DNA from: a bacterium
GTDB lineage: Bacteria > Patescibacteriota > Minisyncoccia > Phycocordibacterales > UBA6899
Reading direction: 5' to 3'
Length of the DNA stretch: 64,000 nt
NCBI GenBank assembly: GCA_043756865.1
Contig: JAYUQG010000005.1
Location: forward strand, 40,614 to 104,613
Numbering within the stretch: position 1 is the first letter of the stretch; each line of letters starts with the position of its first letter. Shown in pieces: positions 18,567 through 27,817 of the stretch. The notes below the pieces were generated by a model. It did no database searches. It saw only the letters and a list, made by a program, of their open reading frames with translations, and was not told where the DNA came from. The position numbers and the translations under genes are program-made.

Positions 18567-19958
18567 TTATTTCACGCTCTTGATGTACTCAGCCAGTTTC
18601 GCCACTTTAATGGTTTCCTGCGAACGAGTCACCATATCACGAACGATGACCGTTCCTTCGAGTGCTTCTTTTTGTCCAAAAATAATCGCGTAGGGAATCT
18701 GGAGCTTCTCAGCGATGCCAAGCTGTGTCGAAAGGGAATCCTTGTTGAGCGAATGCGTGACGGGGATGCGCGCATTCCTGAGTACTTCAATAATTTCAAG
18801 CGACTTGAGCTTTGCTTCAAAGCCAAGTTGAATGAAATAAATCTTCGGCTTCTTCACAACACGAGGAGCAGCACCTTTGTAGTTTGGAGAAAGGAGTACG
18901 CGGTCAACGCCAATTGATGCGCCAACTGCAGGTACGTCTTTTTTGCTCCCAAGTCGCTTTGCGAGATAGTCATAGCGTCCACCACCCGCGATAGAGAGCG
19001 GAGCATTTGCGGCCTCCTCCTTCTCTGTCTTTTTCCTTTTGTCCTCCTTCTCTGTTTCAGTGGGTTCGAGTTGTGTTGCGTTCTCTGCGTGCACTTCTGC
19101 GGGCTTGTCGCTTGGGATTTCGGTTATCTCAAAAACCGTATGCGTGTAGTAGTCGAGACCGCGAACAAGGTTGGTGTTGATGCGATAGGTAAGCTTCAGT
19201 GCATCGAGATACTCCAATACTTCCTTAAAGTGCTGTTTGGCAGTGGGAGAAAGGTGCGCGATAGTCTGGGGAGCCTTTTCTTTGTATGGCTGGCACTCCG
19301 ATTTTTTGCAGTCGAGGAGGCGAAGTGGGTTGGTCTTGATGCGCTGCTTGCAGTCTGCACAAAGGTGATTGATGTGCTTGCGATAGTATGTCGTTAACTC
19401 ACGCATGTATGGTACGCGCGAGTCTTTGTCGCCGATTGAGTTGACGTCAATCATGATGTTGGTGAGCCCAACCTCTTTCAGAATCATCGCTGTCAAATAG
19501 ATAATCATTGCGTCGCCGATGGATTTCGACGTACCAATCATCTCCATACCGAATTGCTTAAATTCGCGATAACGTCCGCGTTGTGGGTTGTCATGGCGGA
19601 AGAACGAGCCGTAGTAGTAGAGCTTCACGGGCTGCGGCATGGTCTGCATGCCGTGCTCAAGGTACGCACGCATGGCAGGTGCTGTGCCCTCAGGGCGGAG
19701 CGCAAGCTTGTCGCCACTTTTCGTTTTGAGTGCATACATTTCCTTGCCGACAAGGTCAGTGTCTTCGCCGTTGGTTGCGAGAAACACTTCTTCACGCTCA
19801 AGAATGGGAAGGTCAATCGGTTGGAAACCATAATAGAGTGCAACCTCAGCAGCCTTTTCAAAAAAGCCTTGATACTTGTGACTTTCGTCGCCTATAAAGT
19901 CACGCATGCCTTTCAGTGCGGTGGGGGCCTCTTTGCGCTCTGGTTCTTTTTTTGTCAT
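18567..19958 (-). CDS. hisS: histidine--tRNA ligase, with a Lys/Glu-rich insertion before the GGRYD motif
   Basis: Class II aaRS motifs; GGRYDYL; N-terminus ALKGMRDF. Confidence 0.85.
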   Translation of the reverse strand: MTKKEPERKEAPTALKGMRDFIGDESHKYQGFFEKAAEVALYYGFQPIDLPILEREEVFLATNGEDTDLVGKEMYALKTKSGDKLALRPEGTAPAMRAYLEHGMQTMPQPVKLYYYGSFFRHDNPQRGRYREFKQFGMEMIGTSKSIGDAMIIYLTAMILKEVGLTNIMIDVNSIGDKDSRVPYMRELTTYYRKHINHLCADCKQRIKTNPLRLLDCKKSECQPYKEKAPQTIAHLSPTAKQHFKEVLEYLDALKLTYRINTNLVRGLDYYTHTVFEITEIPSDKPAEVHAENATQLEPTETEKEDKRKKTEKEEAANAPLSIAGGGRYDYLAKRLGSKKDVPAVGASIGVDRVLLSPNYKGAAPRVVKKPKIYFIQLGFEAKLKSLEIIEVLRNARIPVTHSLNKDSLSTQLGIAEKLQIPYAIIFGQKEALEGTVIVRDMVTRSQETIKVAKLAEYIKSVK

Positions 19959-19986
19959 ACAGGAATCAAATTATTAATAGCTAATA

Positions 19987-20691
19987 TTATTCAAAACGGA
20001 CACCATAATGCTCTATTCCTCCGGGGCGAAACGATATCGCAGTAACTGGAAAGAGTCGAAGGAGTGCTTTGCCGTCCATGAGTCGTGCGGGTACGGGTCC
20101 CCAGACACGTGAGTCAGAGCTTTGCGCGCGATTGTCGCCCATCACGAAATATTCCTCACCCGAAAGTGCCCGAGAAGAGTTGTCGTATTTCATGTTCTTC
20201 ACATACTTCTCATCCAGAACAAACGGTGCTTTGTGCGTGGGACCGGAGATGGTGACCACACCGTTTGCAACGCTCACTGTTTCGCTGGGAAGTCCGATGA
20301 TGCGTTTGATGAAGTACTTGGAAGGGTCATTGGGATAGCGAATGATCACCACATCACCGCGATTATATTCACCGATGTATTTTGATATTTCATCTACGAT
20401 AAGATATTCGCCATTGTGAAATGTGGGGTACATCGAATTCCCTGACACAACAAAAGGTTGCGCCACAAAGGTGCGTATAGGGATGATGATAAGCGCCGCA
20501 ATCAGGGCGTAGCGCACAGTTTCCCAAATCAGCTGGAGAGTGGAAGGTGAATCCGGACTCTCTTTTTTGCCCGTTTCGGTTCTCGGAGTAGTATTGGCTG
20601 CTTCAAGCGTGATTACATTTTTGTTTTCGGGAGTGGCACGTCTGAAGAAGCTCATTTGCGTTTCATCATACGGGAAAACGACTATTGACAC
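19987..20691 (-). CDS. lepB: signal peptidase I
   Basis: S26 catalytic Ser motif SGNSMYPTF and Lys box. Confidence 0.8.
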   Translation of the reverse strand: MSIVVFPYDETQMSFFRRATPENKNVITLEAANTTPRTETGKKESPDSPSTLQLIWETVRYALIAALIIIPIRTFVAQPFVVSGNSMYPTFHNGEYLIVDEISKYIGEYNRGDVVIIRYPNDPSKYFIKRIIGLPSETVSVANGVVTISGPTHKAPFVLDEKYVKNMKYDNSSRALSGEEYFVMGDNRAQSSDSRVWGPVPARLMDGKALLRLFPVTAISFRPGGIEHYGVRFE

Positions 20692-20713
20692 AAGAGGTTT
20701 TTGTGTTGTCTCA

Positions 20714-22090
20714 TTAAAATCCGTACGTCAGCGGAGAAAGCAAAACATAATTAAGTACAATGAGAAAGAAAAACATTATGACGAGTACGCTTCCGATGTA
20801 GCGGTCGTGCGCAAGTGCATTCACGCAACGTATAATCCGTGGCACAACGAACGGTGTGAGCAAAAAAAGAAACAAGAGCGGAGTAAGATAATGATACAAA
20901 TACATCGGCCGCCCAATAAAGAAGAACGGAACATAACTCATGAAGTAGCCAAGCAATAGCAATGTTTCAGTTTTTTGAATAGGCCACTTCCTTGTTTTAC
21001 TATATTGAGCGAGACACCAACCCAACTCAAAGAGAAGCAGAAAGCACATACCAAACCATAAAAGTGTGTTGCCTGTGAGGGTGATGCGTTTTGTGCCGTC
21101 CTCATTCTGCCAAAATTTGTGCACTGCACGTGCGACTGACCATGCAAGTGGATGTGGTGCTTCAATCATTTGTGATGAAATATGATCATCACTATTTGAG
21201 CGCATCATAATGCGATGATGCTTAGGGAGTGCGGCGACGATATCCCACGTATGATCTCCGCGCACGTAGGTGACATTGTCTATCCACGGTGTACGGTACG
21301 CGGCAAGCATGGGGTCGATTTTCCCACCGGCACTGAACTGAGTAAAATAAGCACTAAATATAATCACGTAACATACAAATGCCACTACAAGTGCCGCACA
21401 TGCTACTCTCCATGCCTTATTTGCGATGAGCCAAATACTCACTATTGCAAGTATCGCCAGTGCGGTCCATTTTATCGCCAGTGCTGCACCGAGCACTATT
21501 CCGAGTAGTATTGCAAGCAGTTGTCGGCTACGCACCTGTTTCTGCATGAGGATAGCCTGCGTGAGGGAAAGTGCGATGACGCTCGTAATCAGGAGTAATG
21601 TGTCGGGGAGTATGGTTCGAGAGTAGATAATAAATGCGTTATCAAACACGACAAAAAGCGCAGGAAAGAGTGCTATTTCGGGTCGGAAATGCAGTTGACG
21701 AGAAAGTACATACACACACGCCGGAAGCAGTATGCCAAATATGACTATAAATACCCGCAGTGCCAAGTATGGGAAATCCCCGTAGTCCTGATTGGTTTCC
21801 ATCGCCACACCTGTTGTCGTAAACTCGCTCTGTTTTACAATGTTCGCAAATAACATGCGCGCCAACGGAGGATGAATATCAAAGTAGGGAATTTCACGTG
21901 CGCCGTGAATCGCATAATTTGTATATATCGCCTCATCAAACACTGTCTTGTTGGGGTACTCGAGAAAAGGTAGTCGTAGTAGTGCAGACAAGAGAAGTAT
22001 CAGCACAAGTGCATTTGTGTCATTGCCTACATATTGGCGAAAGAATTCCCAGCTCTTTTTTGCCCATCCTCGCGCAGAAACAACCCTCAT
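20714..22090 (-). CDS. polytopic membrane glycosyltransferase, GT39/PMT_2-like (lipid-linked sugar to acceptor)
   Basis: About 11 TM; N-terminal loop with FDIHPPLARM motif as in PMT/ArnT-type glycosyltransferases. Confidence 0.55.
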   Translation of the reverse strand: MRVVSARGWAKKSWEFFRQYVGNDTNALVLILLLSALLRLPFLEYPNKTVFDEAIYTNYAIHGAREIPYFDIHPPLARMLFANIVKQSEFTTTGVAMETNQDYGDFPYLALRVFIVIFGILLPACVYVLSRQLHFRPEIALFPALFVVFDNAFIIYSRTILPDTLLLITSVIALSLTQAILMQKQVRSRQLLAILLGIVLGAALAIKWTALAILAIVSIWLIANKAWRVACAALVVAFVCYVIIFSAYFTQFSAGGKIDPMLAAYRTPWIDNVTYVRGDHTWDIVAALPKHHRIMMRSNSDDHISSQMIEAPHPLAWSVARAVHKFWQNEDGTKRITLTGNTLLWFGMCFLLLFELGWCLAQYSKTRKWPIQKTETLLLLGYFMSYVPFFFIGRPMYLYHYLTPLLFLFLLTPFVVPRIIRCVNALAHDRYIGSVLVIMFFFLIVLNYVLLSPLTYGF

Positions 22091-22512
22091 AGTTTTTTGT
22101 CGTTGTTAAATAAGGAAAGTTTAAACACAAAAAAGTTAACAAAGGAAAGCAAAAGAATAGTTGACGCAATAATGATGAGGTAATGCTGTGTGCCGAAGTA
22201 TGCCGTCAGCTTGCTGACAATAGAGACCTGCGCAACCACATGTAGCAGACTATAGGCGACAAAGTAGATAAATCTACGCGTATGTTGTTTTTTGGTATTG
22301 AACGTCAGCCATGTGTGGAGTGCAAAGTTAAAACAAAAATTCACCACAGTACCTATGGCATAGCCAATCATGTAGCGCTCTACGCCGAACACGTATGTCG
22401 TGAGCAGCCATGCCAAGGATATATTCAGTGCAACACCAGTTACTCCCGTAACAAAAAATTTTGCATAGGGAAGTATAAATGCGTGCAGTTTATGCTTTCT
22501 TCCCTTAGTCAT
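22087..22512 (-). CDS. GtrA-family small membrane protein (putative lipid-linked sugar flippase)
   Basis: 141 aa, 4 TM, GtrA-like pattern; 4-nt overlap with the downstream glycosyltransferase. Confidence 0.6.
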   Translation of the reverse strand: MTKGRKHKLHAFILPYAKFFVTGVTGVALNISLAWLLTTYVFGVERYMIGYAIGTVVNFCFNFALHTWLTFNTKKQHTRRFIYFVAYSLLHVVAQVSIVSKLTAYFGTQHYLIIIASTILLLSFVNFFVFKLSLFNNDKKL

Positions 22513-23464
22513 GAGTGGTCGGAAGATTATTCGTGTGTCGTGCGATGATATTTACGTAGTCGTCGATTTTTTGCAGTCGCTTGAGGAGTTCGTGGTGTGT
22601 AGCAAGTGGCACCAGCTGATGTGCGCCCTCATCAATCTCCCACAACTCATACCCGAGACCCCACAGGTATTCAAGTAGCACAGCTCCGTCCTTGCCTGCT
22701 TCGCGTATCCGCATGGGAGCAAATTCAAACATAATCGTCGGGTGTGCACGCGCTAGGAGTGACTGCATGCCGATGAATGCATGCCCTTCCCACCCTTCAA
22801 TATCCATTTTAATTAGCCCTACGTCGGTGATACCTAGTGCCTCAAGTGTTGCATCAACGGTGGTAAGGGTGATATCGACGTGCACACCGCCATCTGCGGG
22901 AAGTAGCGAGTGCTTTCCTTTGTTGTCAGGGTCAATCGTGAGTGTGCCCGCCCCCTCGCTGTCGCTGACTCCTTTGTCGATAACGATAATATTTGTGCGA
23001 TTATTCACCGATTGCGTGCGCCCAAGTAGTGCGCGATTTTCATCTTCTGGTTCAAATGCAACAACGCGCGAGGCTGTTTTGCTCGCTATGAGGGAGTAGT
23101 ACCCAAGGTTGGCGCCAATATCAAGCACGGTCATCCCTTGGCGGAGTTCTGCGCGAAATACTTCGGCAAAGTATGCCTCATACGCACCAAGCAAGAGTGC
23201 CCCTGAAACCACGGGGTCATTTTGATTCAGATACAGTATTCCTTCCGGAATAGTGATGGTGGGCGGAATGATTTTGCGTAGGAGTGCGTTTGCAATTTGC
23301 CGTAGTGGCCAGGGACGAAGAATTTTCGTGTAGATAAATTGGGGAGCATTCGCAGGGAGGAGGTGGATACATGCACGGAGGAGTTTCGTAAGACTCCCCA
23401 CATGCGCACCTGGCGTGGTATCATTTGTGCTATCCTCGTTACGCTTCGCTTCGGTGTCCGACAT
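22505..23464 (-). CDS. FkbM-family SAM-dependent methyltransferase
   Basis: DIGANLGYYSL glycine-rich loop and FEPEDEN motif; start trimmed to MSDTEAK. Confidence 0.65.
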   Translation of the reverse strand: MSDTEAKRNEDSTNDTTPGAHVGSLTKLLRACIHLLPANAPQFIYTKILRPWPLRQIANALLRKIIPPTITIPEGILYLNQNDPVVSGALLLGAYEAYFAEVFRAELRQGMTVLDIGANLGYYSLIASKTASRVVAFEPEDENRALLGRTQSVNNRTNIIVIDKGVSDSEGAGTLTIDPDNKGKHSLLPADGGVHVDITLTTVDATLEALGITDVGLIKMDIEGWEGHAFIGMQSLLARAHPTIMFEFAPMRIREAGKDGAVLLEYLWGLGYELWEIDEGAHQLVPLATHHELLKRLQKIDDYVNIIARHTNNLPTTHD

Positions 23465-23515
23465 GCGCTCTATGATAGCAAAAAGCAACGACTCGGTCAC
23501 ACTATATTTTTTACC

Positions 23516-24253
23516 ATGAAACTTTGTATCGTCATTCCCGCATACAACGAAGCACCGGTGATTGCCGCAACTTTGCACGCCCTTTCGGTTGCACTTGAAA
23601 AAGAGTTTGCAGATACGTGGGAAATTATCGTTGCAGACAATGCTTCAATAGACGGCACGGGCGATGTCGTCCGCAAACTCACACACCCACGTATTCGCGT
23701 AGAGCGCATTGAAAAGAAGGGGAAGGGAAATGCACTACGCGCGGTATTCGCAAAGTCTGACGCAACGCTTTTTGGCTTTACCGATGCGGACTTGTCTGTG
23801 CCACCCGAAGAAGTAGCAGCGTTTGCAAAAGTGTTTATGGCACAAGGCAAAGGGGTGCTTATCGGTTCCCGTTTTCACAAGCAAAGCAAGATGCCCGGTC
23901 GTGAATGGTGGAGGGTCGGCTCGTCTCGAATATTCAACATTCTCGCACGCACCATACTGGGTGTGACGGTGAGCGACACGCAGTGTCCGCTTAAGCTTAT
24001 GGGGCCCGATGGCCTTCGCGTTATGCTTGCGACAAAAGAAGACACGTGGTTTTTTGATCTTGAATGGATAGCCCTACTCGACAGGCTTCATATCCCCATT
24101 ACCGAAGTCCCCGTGACGTGGGACGAGCACCGCTATCCTGACCGAAAATCAAAACTCTCTACCGTAAAAGACGGAGCACGTGCAGTGTTGGCTATGTTTC
24201 GTATTCGCTCGCGACTTCCCGCACAATTGGCAACACTTGCGAATATACAGTAG
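23516..24253 (+). CDS. GT2 glycosyltransferase, dolichyl/polyprenyl-phosphate sugar synthase (GtrB/DPM1-like)
   Basis: IVIPAYNEA...DNASIDGT...D-x-D pattern; divergent from the FkbM gene with about 50 nt between the two starts. Confidence 0.75.
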   Translation: MKLCIVIPAYNEAPVIAATLHALSVALEKEFADTWEIIVADNASIDGTGDVVRKLTHPRIRVERIEKKGKGNALRAVFAKSDATLFGFTDADLSVPPEEVAAFAKVFMAQGKGVLIGSRFHKQSKMPGREWWRVGSSRIFNILARTILGVTVSDTQCPLKLMGPDGLRVMLATKEDTWFFDLEWIALLDRLHIPITEVPVTWDEHRYPDRKSKLSTVKDGARAVLAMFRIRSRLPAQLATLANIQ

Positions 24254-24324
24254 AATCCATGAATATTTTAAATTTGAGTGAAATTCGAGACGCGGGGAAA
24301 GTAACGAGGAAGGCATATTCATAT

Positions 24325-24390
24325 ATGGTGACCGAGTTACTGGGGTCCCGCAACAAAGAAGTTCGCCAAATTCAGAATATTCATATATGA
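24325..24390 (+). CDS. 21-aa small ORF (MVTELLGSRNKEVRQIQNIHI) whose stop overlaps the pth ATG (ATGA)
   Basis: GAGGAAGG Shine-Dalgarno 8 nt upstream; conserved second copy at 26107-26160. Confidence 0.3.
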   Translation: MVTELLGSRNKEVRQIQNIHI

Positions 24391-24983
24391 AATGGATAAT
24401 CGTAGGACTCGGAAATCCAGGAGGAGAATACGCAAAGACTCGCCACAATGCAGGTCGCATTGTCATTGAACAACTCCGCAAAAAGTACACTTTTTCAGAA
24501 TGGGAACACAAGAATACCTATGATGCGCTTGTATCAAAGGGAGAGATTGGCGGCGCGGAAGTACTCCTGCTTGAACCGGAGACGTTTATGAATGATTCAG
24601 GAAAGAGCCTCGTGACACTCGTAAAGAGTCCTGAGCAAGCGACACAGCTTATCGTTATCCACGACGATGCAGATTTGCCTATTGGCGCATGGAGGTCCGC
24701 TCGCGACCGCGGGGCGGGGGGTCAAAAAGGGGTTGAGTCTATTATTGCCACAATCAAAACACGCGATTTTTATCGTTTCAGGATCGGGGTTGCTCCGGAT
24801 ATGCACCCCGGCGCATTGCGTAGAAAAGCGGGGGATTTCGTCCTCGAAAAATTCTCTCCTGAGGAACTCGTGACGGTGAAAAGCAGAAGTATCGCGGTTG
24901 GAGAGCGCATCGAATTTTTGCTCACTCAAGGACACAAAGCATTTAAAGACAGCATCAAAAAGGTGAAGCCGAACGACCCATAG
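24387..24983 (+). CDS. pth: peptidyl-tRNA hydrolase
   Basis: N-terminus MKWIIVGLGNPGGEYAKTRHNAGR (catalytic His region). Confidence 0.85.
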   Translation: MKWIIVGLGNPGGEYAKTRHNAGRIVIEQLRKKYTFSEWEHKNTYDALVSKGEIGGAEVLLLEPETFMNDSGKSLVTLVKSPEQATQLIVIHDDADLPIGAWRSARDRGAGGQKGVESIIATIKTRDFYRFRIGVAPDMHPGALRRKAGDFVLEKFSPEELVTVKSRSIAVGERIEFLLTQGHKAFKDSIKKVKPNDP

Positions 24984-25028
24984 GGCTCGTACACTGCAGC
25001 TTCACGGCATATTTGCTATAGTAAAACT

Positions 25029-26036
25029 ATGAGAACAGGACGAACGCACAGCCACTTATCAGTATTTCTGGCGCTTGCGGGGAATGCGTTTATTACCGTA
25101 ATCAAGTTCATCGGTTTTGCTGCTTCTGGCTCGGGTGCAATATTTTCTGAGGCTATACACAGCCTCGCGGATACTCTCAATCAGGCGCTCTTACTTTTTG
25201 GGTTGCGCCAGTCAAAAAAAGTTGCAGATGATGAATTCTCGTATGGATATGGACGCGAGCGCTTTTTTTGGGCACTGATATCAGCCTGTGGCATCTTTTT
25301 TCTTGGCGCAGGCATAACCATTTATCACGGTATTGATCTCGTGTTGCACCCTCGTACCCCCGATATCAACACCATACTCTTTGTGATTCTCGCTGTTGCA
25401 TTTGTTGTCGAGTCGGTAACGCTTTATGTCGCATGGAAGGAACTCCGCAATGCACATCCCAATCGCGACATTAAAACCATGCTTGAAGTTGGAGATCCCG
25501 CAACCATAGCAGTATTGTACGAAGACGGTGTTGCAGTTCTTGGCGTCTTTGTCGCATTTGTGAGTATTGTGCTCTCATATCTCACGGGGAATTCAATCTG
25601 GGATGCGCTGGGCTCAATCATCATTGGGGTTTTGCTTGGTATCGTTGCGATTATTCTCATACAAAAAAATCGCAAATACCTCATAGGTATGAATATTCCA
25701 GATGAAATGAAAGAGCGCATTATAGAGCTTTTGGTTGCCGACCCAACCATAGACCGTGTGATTGACTTCAAATCGAGCGTGCTCAATGTCGGTACATATC
25801 ACATCAAGTGCGAAGTGGAATTCAATGGTTCGGCACTCATGTCTGAGATTGCTGAGAATGCTGACTTGCGGGAAGAATATGAGAACATTCGTGATGACTA
25901 TTCAGAATTTTTAAAACATTTGGTCGGATATGTTGGACGTGTTCCCCGCATGATGGGTACGCGTATCGATGAAATTGAGCGCCGCGTGCAGAAGGAGATT
26001 CCCGAAATTCGCCACATTGATATTGAGATAAACTAA
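25029..26036 (+). CDS. cation diffusion facilitator (CDF) family divalent-metal efflux transporter
   Basis: 6 TM plus C-terminal cytoplasmic domain; HSLADT motif in TM2. Confidence 0.75.
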   Translation: MRTGRTHSHLSVFLALAGNAFITVIKFIGFAASGSGAIFSEAIHSLADTLNQALLLFGLRQSKKVADDEFSYGYGRERFFWALISACGIFFLGAGITIYHGIDLVLHPRTPDINTILFVILAVAFVVESVTLYVAWKELRNAHPNRDIKTMLEVGDPATIAVLYEDGVAVLGVFVAFVSIVLSYLTGNSIWDALGSIIIGVLLGIVAIILIQKNRKYLIGMNIPDEMKERIIELLVADPTIDRVIDFKSSVLNVGTYHIKCEVEFNGSALMSEIAENADLREEYENIRDDYSEFLKHLVGYVGRVPRMMGTRIDEIERRVQKEIPEIRHIDIEIN

Positions 26037-26106
26037 TTTATAGGATTTGCAAAAACAGACGAAATTCGAGGCATCGGGGAAGGGGGCGAGGAAGGCATAT
26101 TCATAT

Positions 26107-26160
26107 ATGGTGACCGAGCCACAGGGGCCCCGCAACGAAGAAGTTCGCCTGTTTTTGTGA
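26107..26160 (+). CDS. 17-aa small ORF (MVTEPQGPRNEEVRLFL), paralog of 24325-24390
   Basis: Identical RBS and upstream block; followed by a terminator hairpin. Confidence 0.3.
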   Translation: MVTEPQGPRNEEVRLFL

Positions 26161-26163
26161 ATC

Positions 26164-26191
26164 CAAAAAAACCCGCATTAGGGTGCGGGTC
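26164..26191. terminator. bidirectional terminator (aaaaaaacccgca-ttaggg-tgcgggt)
   Basis: A-tract/hairpin reading as hairpin/T7 on the minus strand. Confidence 0.6.
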
Positions 26192-26495
26192 TAGCTAGTG
26201 AACGCTCGAGAATTGTGACGTCATAGCAAATCGCACAACTATTACAGAATGCACGATACGCATAATGTGGGGGAATCGACGGGCCACCCATGCGCATATC
26301 GGGATTAGGATAGGTGACTTCTGTTTCTTTGATGATAACCCCTTCACATTCACCGTTTCTGCAATGGGTGACTTTTGCATACGATTTGCCCGCTTGTGGG
26401 TGCGCATCTTTTGCTGGCTGTTGTACTTGTGCGCCATGACCGAGTGCCGTGCGCAATAGTGCGTCTTGTTCAAGGTTTAATTTCTCTTGTCTCAT
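26178..26495 (-). CDS. hypothetical Cys-pair protein (CRNGEC...CNSCAIC), possible zinc ribbon
   Basis: GGAAGGA Shine-Dalgarno before the ATG; terminator at its 3' end; the alternative frame 26195..26473 looks less protein-like. Confidence 0.4.
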   Translation of the reverse strand: MRQEKLNLEQDALLRTALGHGAQVQQPAKDAHPQAGKSYAKVTHCRNGECEGVIIKETEVTYPNPDMRMGGPSIPPHYAYRAFCNSCAICYDVTILERSLARPAP

Positions 26496-26557
26496 ACTGT
26501 TCCTTCCGAATGTACTTTGGATACTTTATATGGAGTTCTACCAAAATGCAAAGTGCG

Positions 26558-27718
26558 TTACTGTGTTTTTGTATCTGCGAGTTGCTTGTATAAATCGACC
26601 AATATTCCATGTCCTGCATTCCACGGAATCATCTTGCGCGCAACGAGGTCGCCGTAGCTTTCATACGAGGACATCGCACGCTCGTGCGTCATCGCAAACT
26701 CGGTTCCTTGGTAGATAATAGCCGGATAGGGCAGAAAAAACTGGTACTCCGCCAATTCCTTCAGTTTCTCGATATCGCCTCCCGTGGTAAAAAGTATCCG
26801 GTCCATGTCATGGTTATCGAGAAATGTAAGCATTTGCGTTACGCGTGTTGATTCATGGTGCTTCTTCAATCTACTTTCCAAACTGGTTTTTGTAATCAGG
26901 CCTGATGCATATCGTCGTATTTCACCGTTAAAATCGAAGTCGAGTAAAGACGGGAATAATCCGAGATATTGTCGCATGAGATATGGTGTTCCAAACAACC
27001 ACGCGAGGTATTTATGATTGACGCGCAGTGTCTTTAACTGGGAGAATTTTATATTAAACATGCACGCTTCACCGAAAAATTCAGCATCAGGGAATTCAGT
27101 ACGCAATACCCTCAAAAATTCTTTCCAAAAGGCATTACTTGGCCCCGGAATGTGGTCGAGTCGAAGACCGTCAAACCCCAGCTCAAGCCACTTACGTGCC
27201 GCAGCGACGATATGCGCTCGAGCGGGAGGATAATCAAGGTTAATTTTAGGTAGCTCACCGACATCTAAAAAACAAAGATATTTGTTCGGCCATTTCGAAA
27301 AATAGAACCACTCGCGATACTGGCTATTGTGGTCCTGTTGTGCGTCGAGAAAATATGGGTGCTGCGAAGATGCGTGGTTGGGGGCAAAGTCCGCTACTAT
27401 TTTCATTCCAAGGGTGTGTGCAAGCGTAATCAGCTCTTTGAGGTCCTCTTCAGTGCCAAATCGTTCATCTACAGCAAAGAAATCAGTCGTGTGATACCCA
27501 TGAAATGCGACACCTTTATAGAAAGGTGAAATCCACAAGGCATTTACGCCAAGTTGCTCGAGGTGAGCCATGTGCTCGATGATTCCGCGGAGTGTTCCTC
27601 CGCAAAAGACCGGCTTGTCATCGGGGACTTCAGATGGAGTTCTCAGGTCAGTACTTGGGCGTGCAAAACGATCGATAAAGATTTGATACATTACCGTCTT
27701 TGCGTTTAACCAAGGCAT
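26558..27718 (-). CDS. GH13 alpha-amylase family glycoside hydrolase
   Basis: GH13 regions: DFAPNH, GFDGLRLDHI, EACMFN, FLDNHD. Confidence 0.75.
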   Translation of the reverse strand: MPWLNAKTVMYQIFIDRFARPSTDLRTPSEVPDDKPVFCGGTLRGIIEHMAHLEQLGVNALWISPFYKGVAFHGYHTTDFFAVDERFGTEEDLKELITLAHTLGMKIVADFAPNHASSQHPYFLDAQQDHNSQYREWFYFSKWPNKYLCFLDVGELPKINLDYPPARAHIVAAARKWLELGFDGLRLDHIPGPSNAFWKEFLRVLRTEFPDAEFFGEACMFNIKFSQLKTLRVNHKYLAWLFGTPYLMRQYLGLFPSLLDFDFNGEIRRYASGLITKTSLESRLKKHHESTRVTQMLTFLDNHDMDRILFTTGGDIEKLKELAEYQFFLPYPAIIYQGTEFAMTHERAMSSYESYGDLVARKMIPWNAGHGILVDLYKQLADTKTQ

Positions 27719-27817
27719 ACACAAATGTTATCAGCAGAGCGTACCAAATGAAAGTGTCATGCGTAATCACCGCTGTGCACGGGGAATAGAAAAGGGACCC
27801 TGTGGGGGTCCCCGTTG

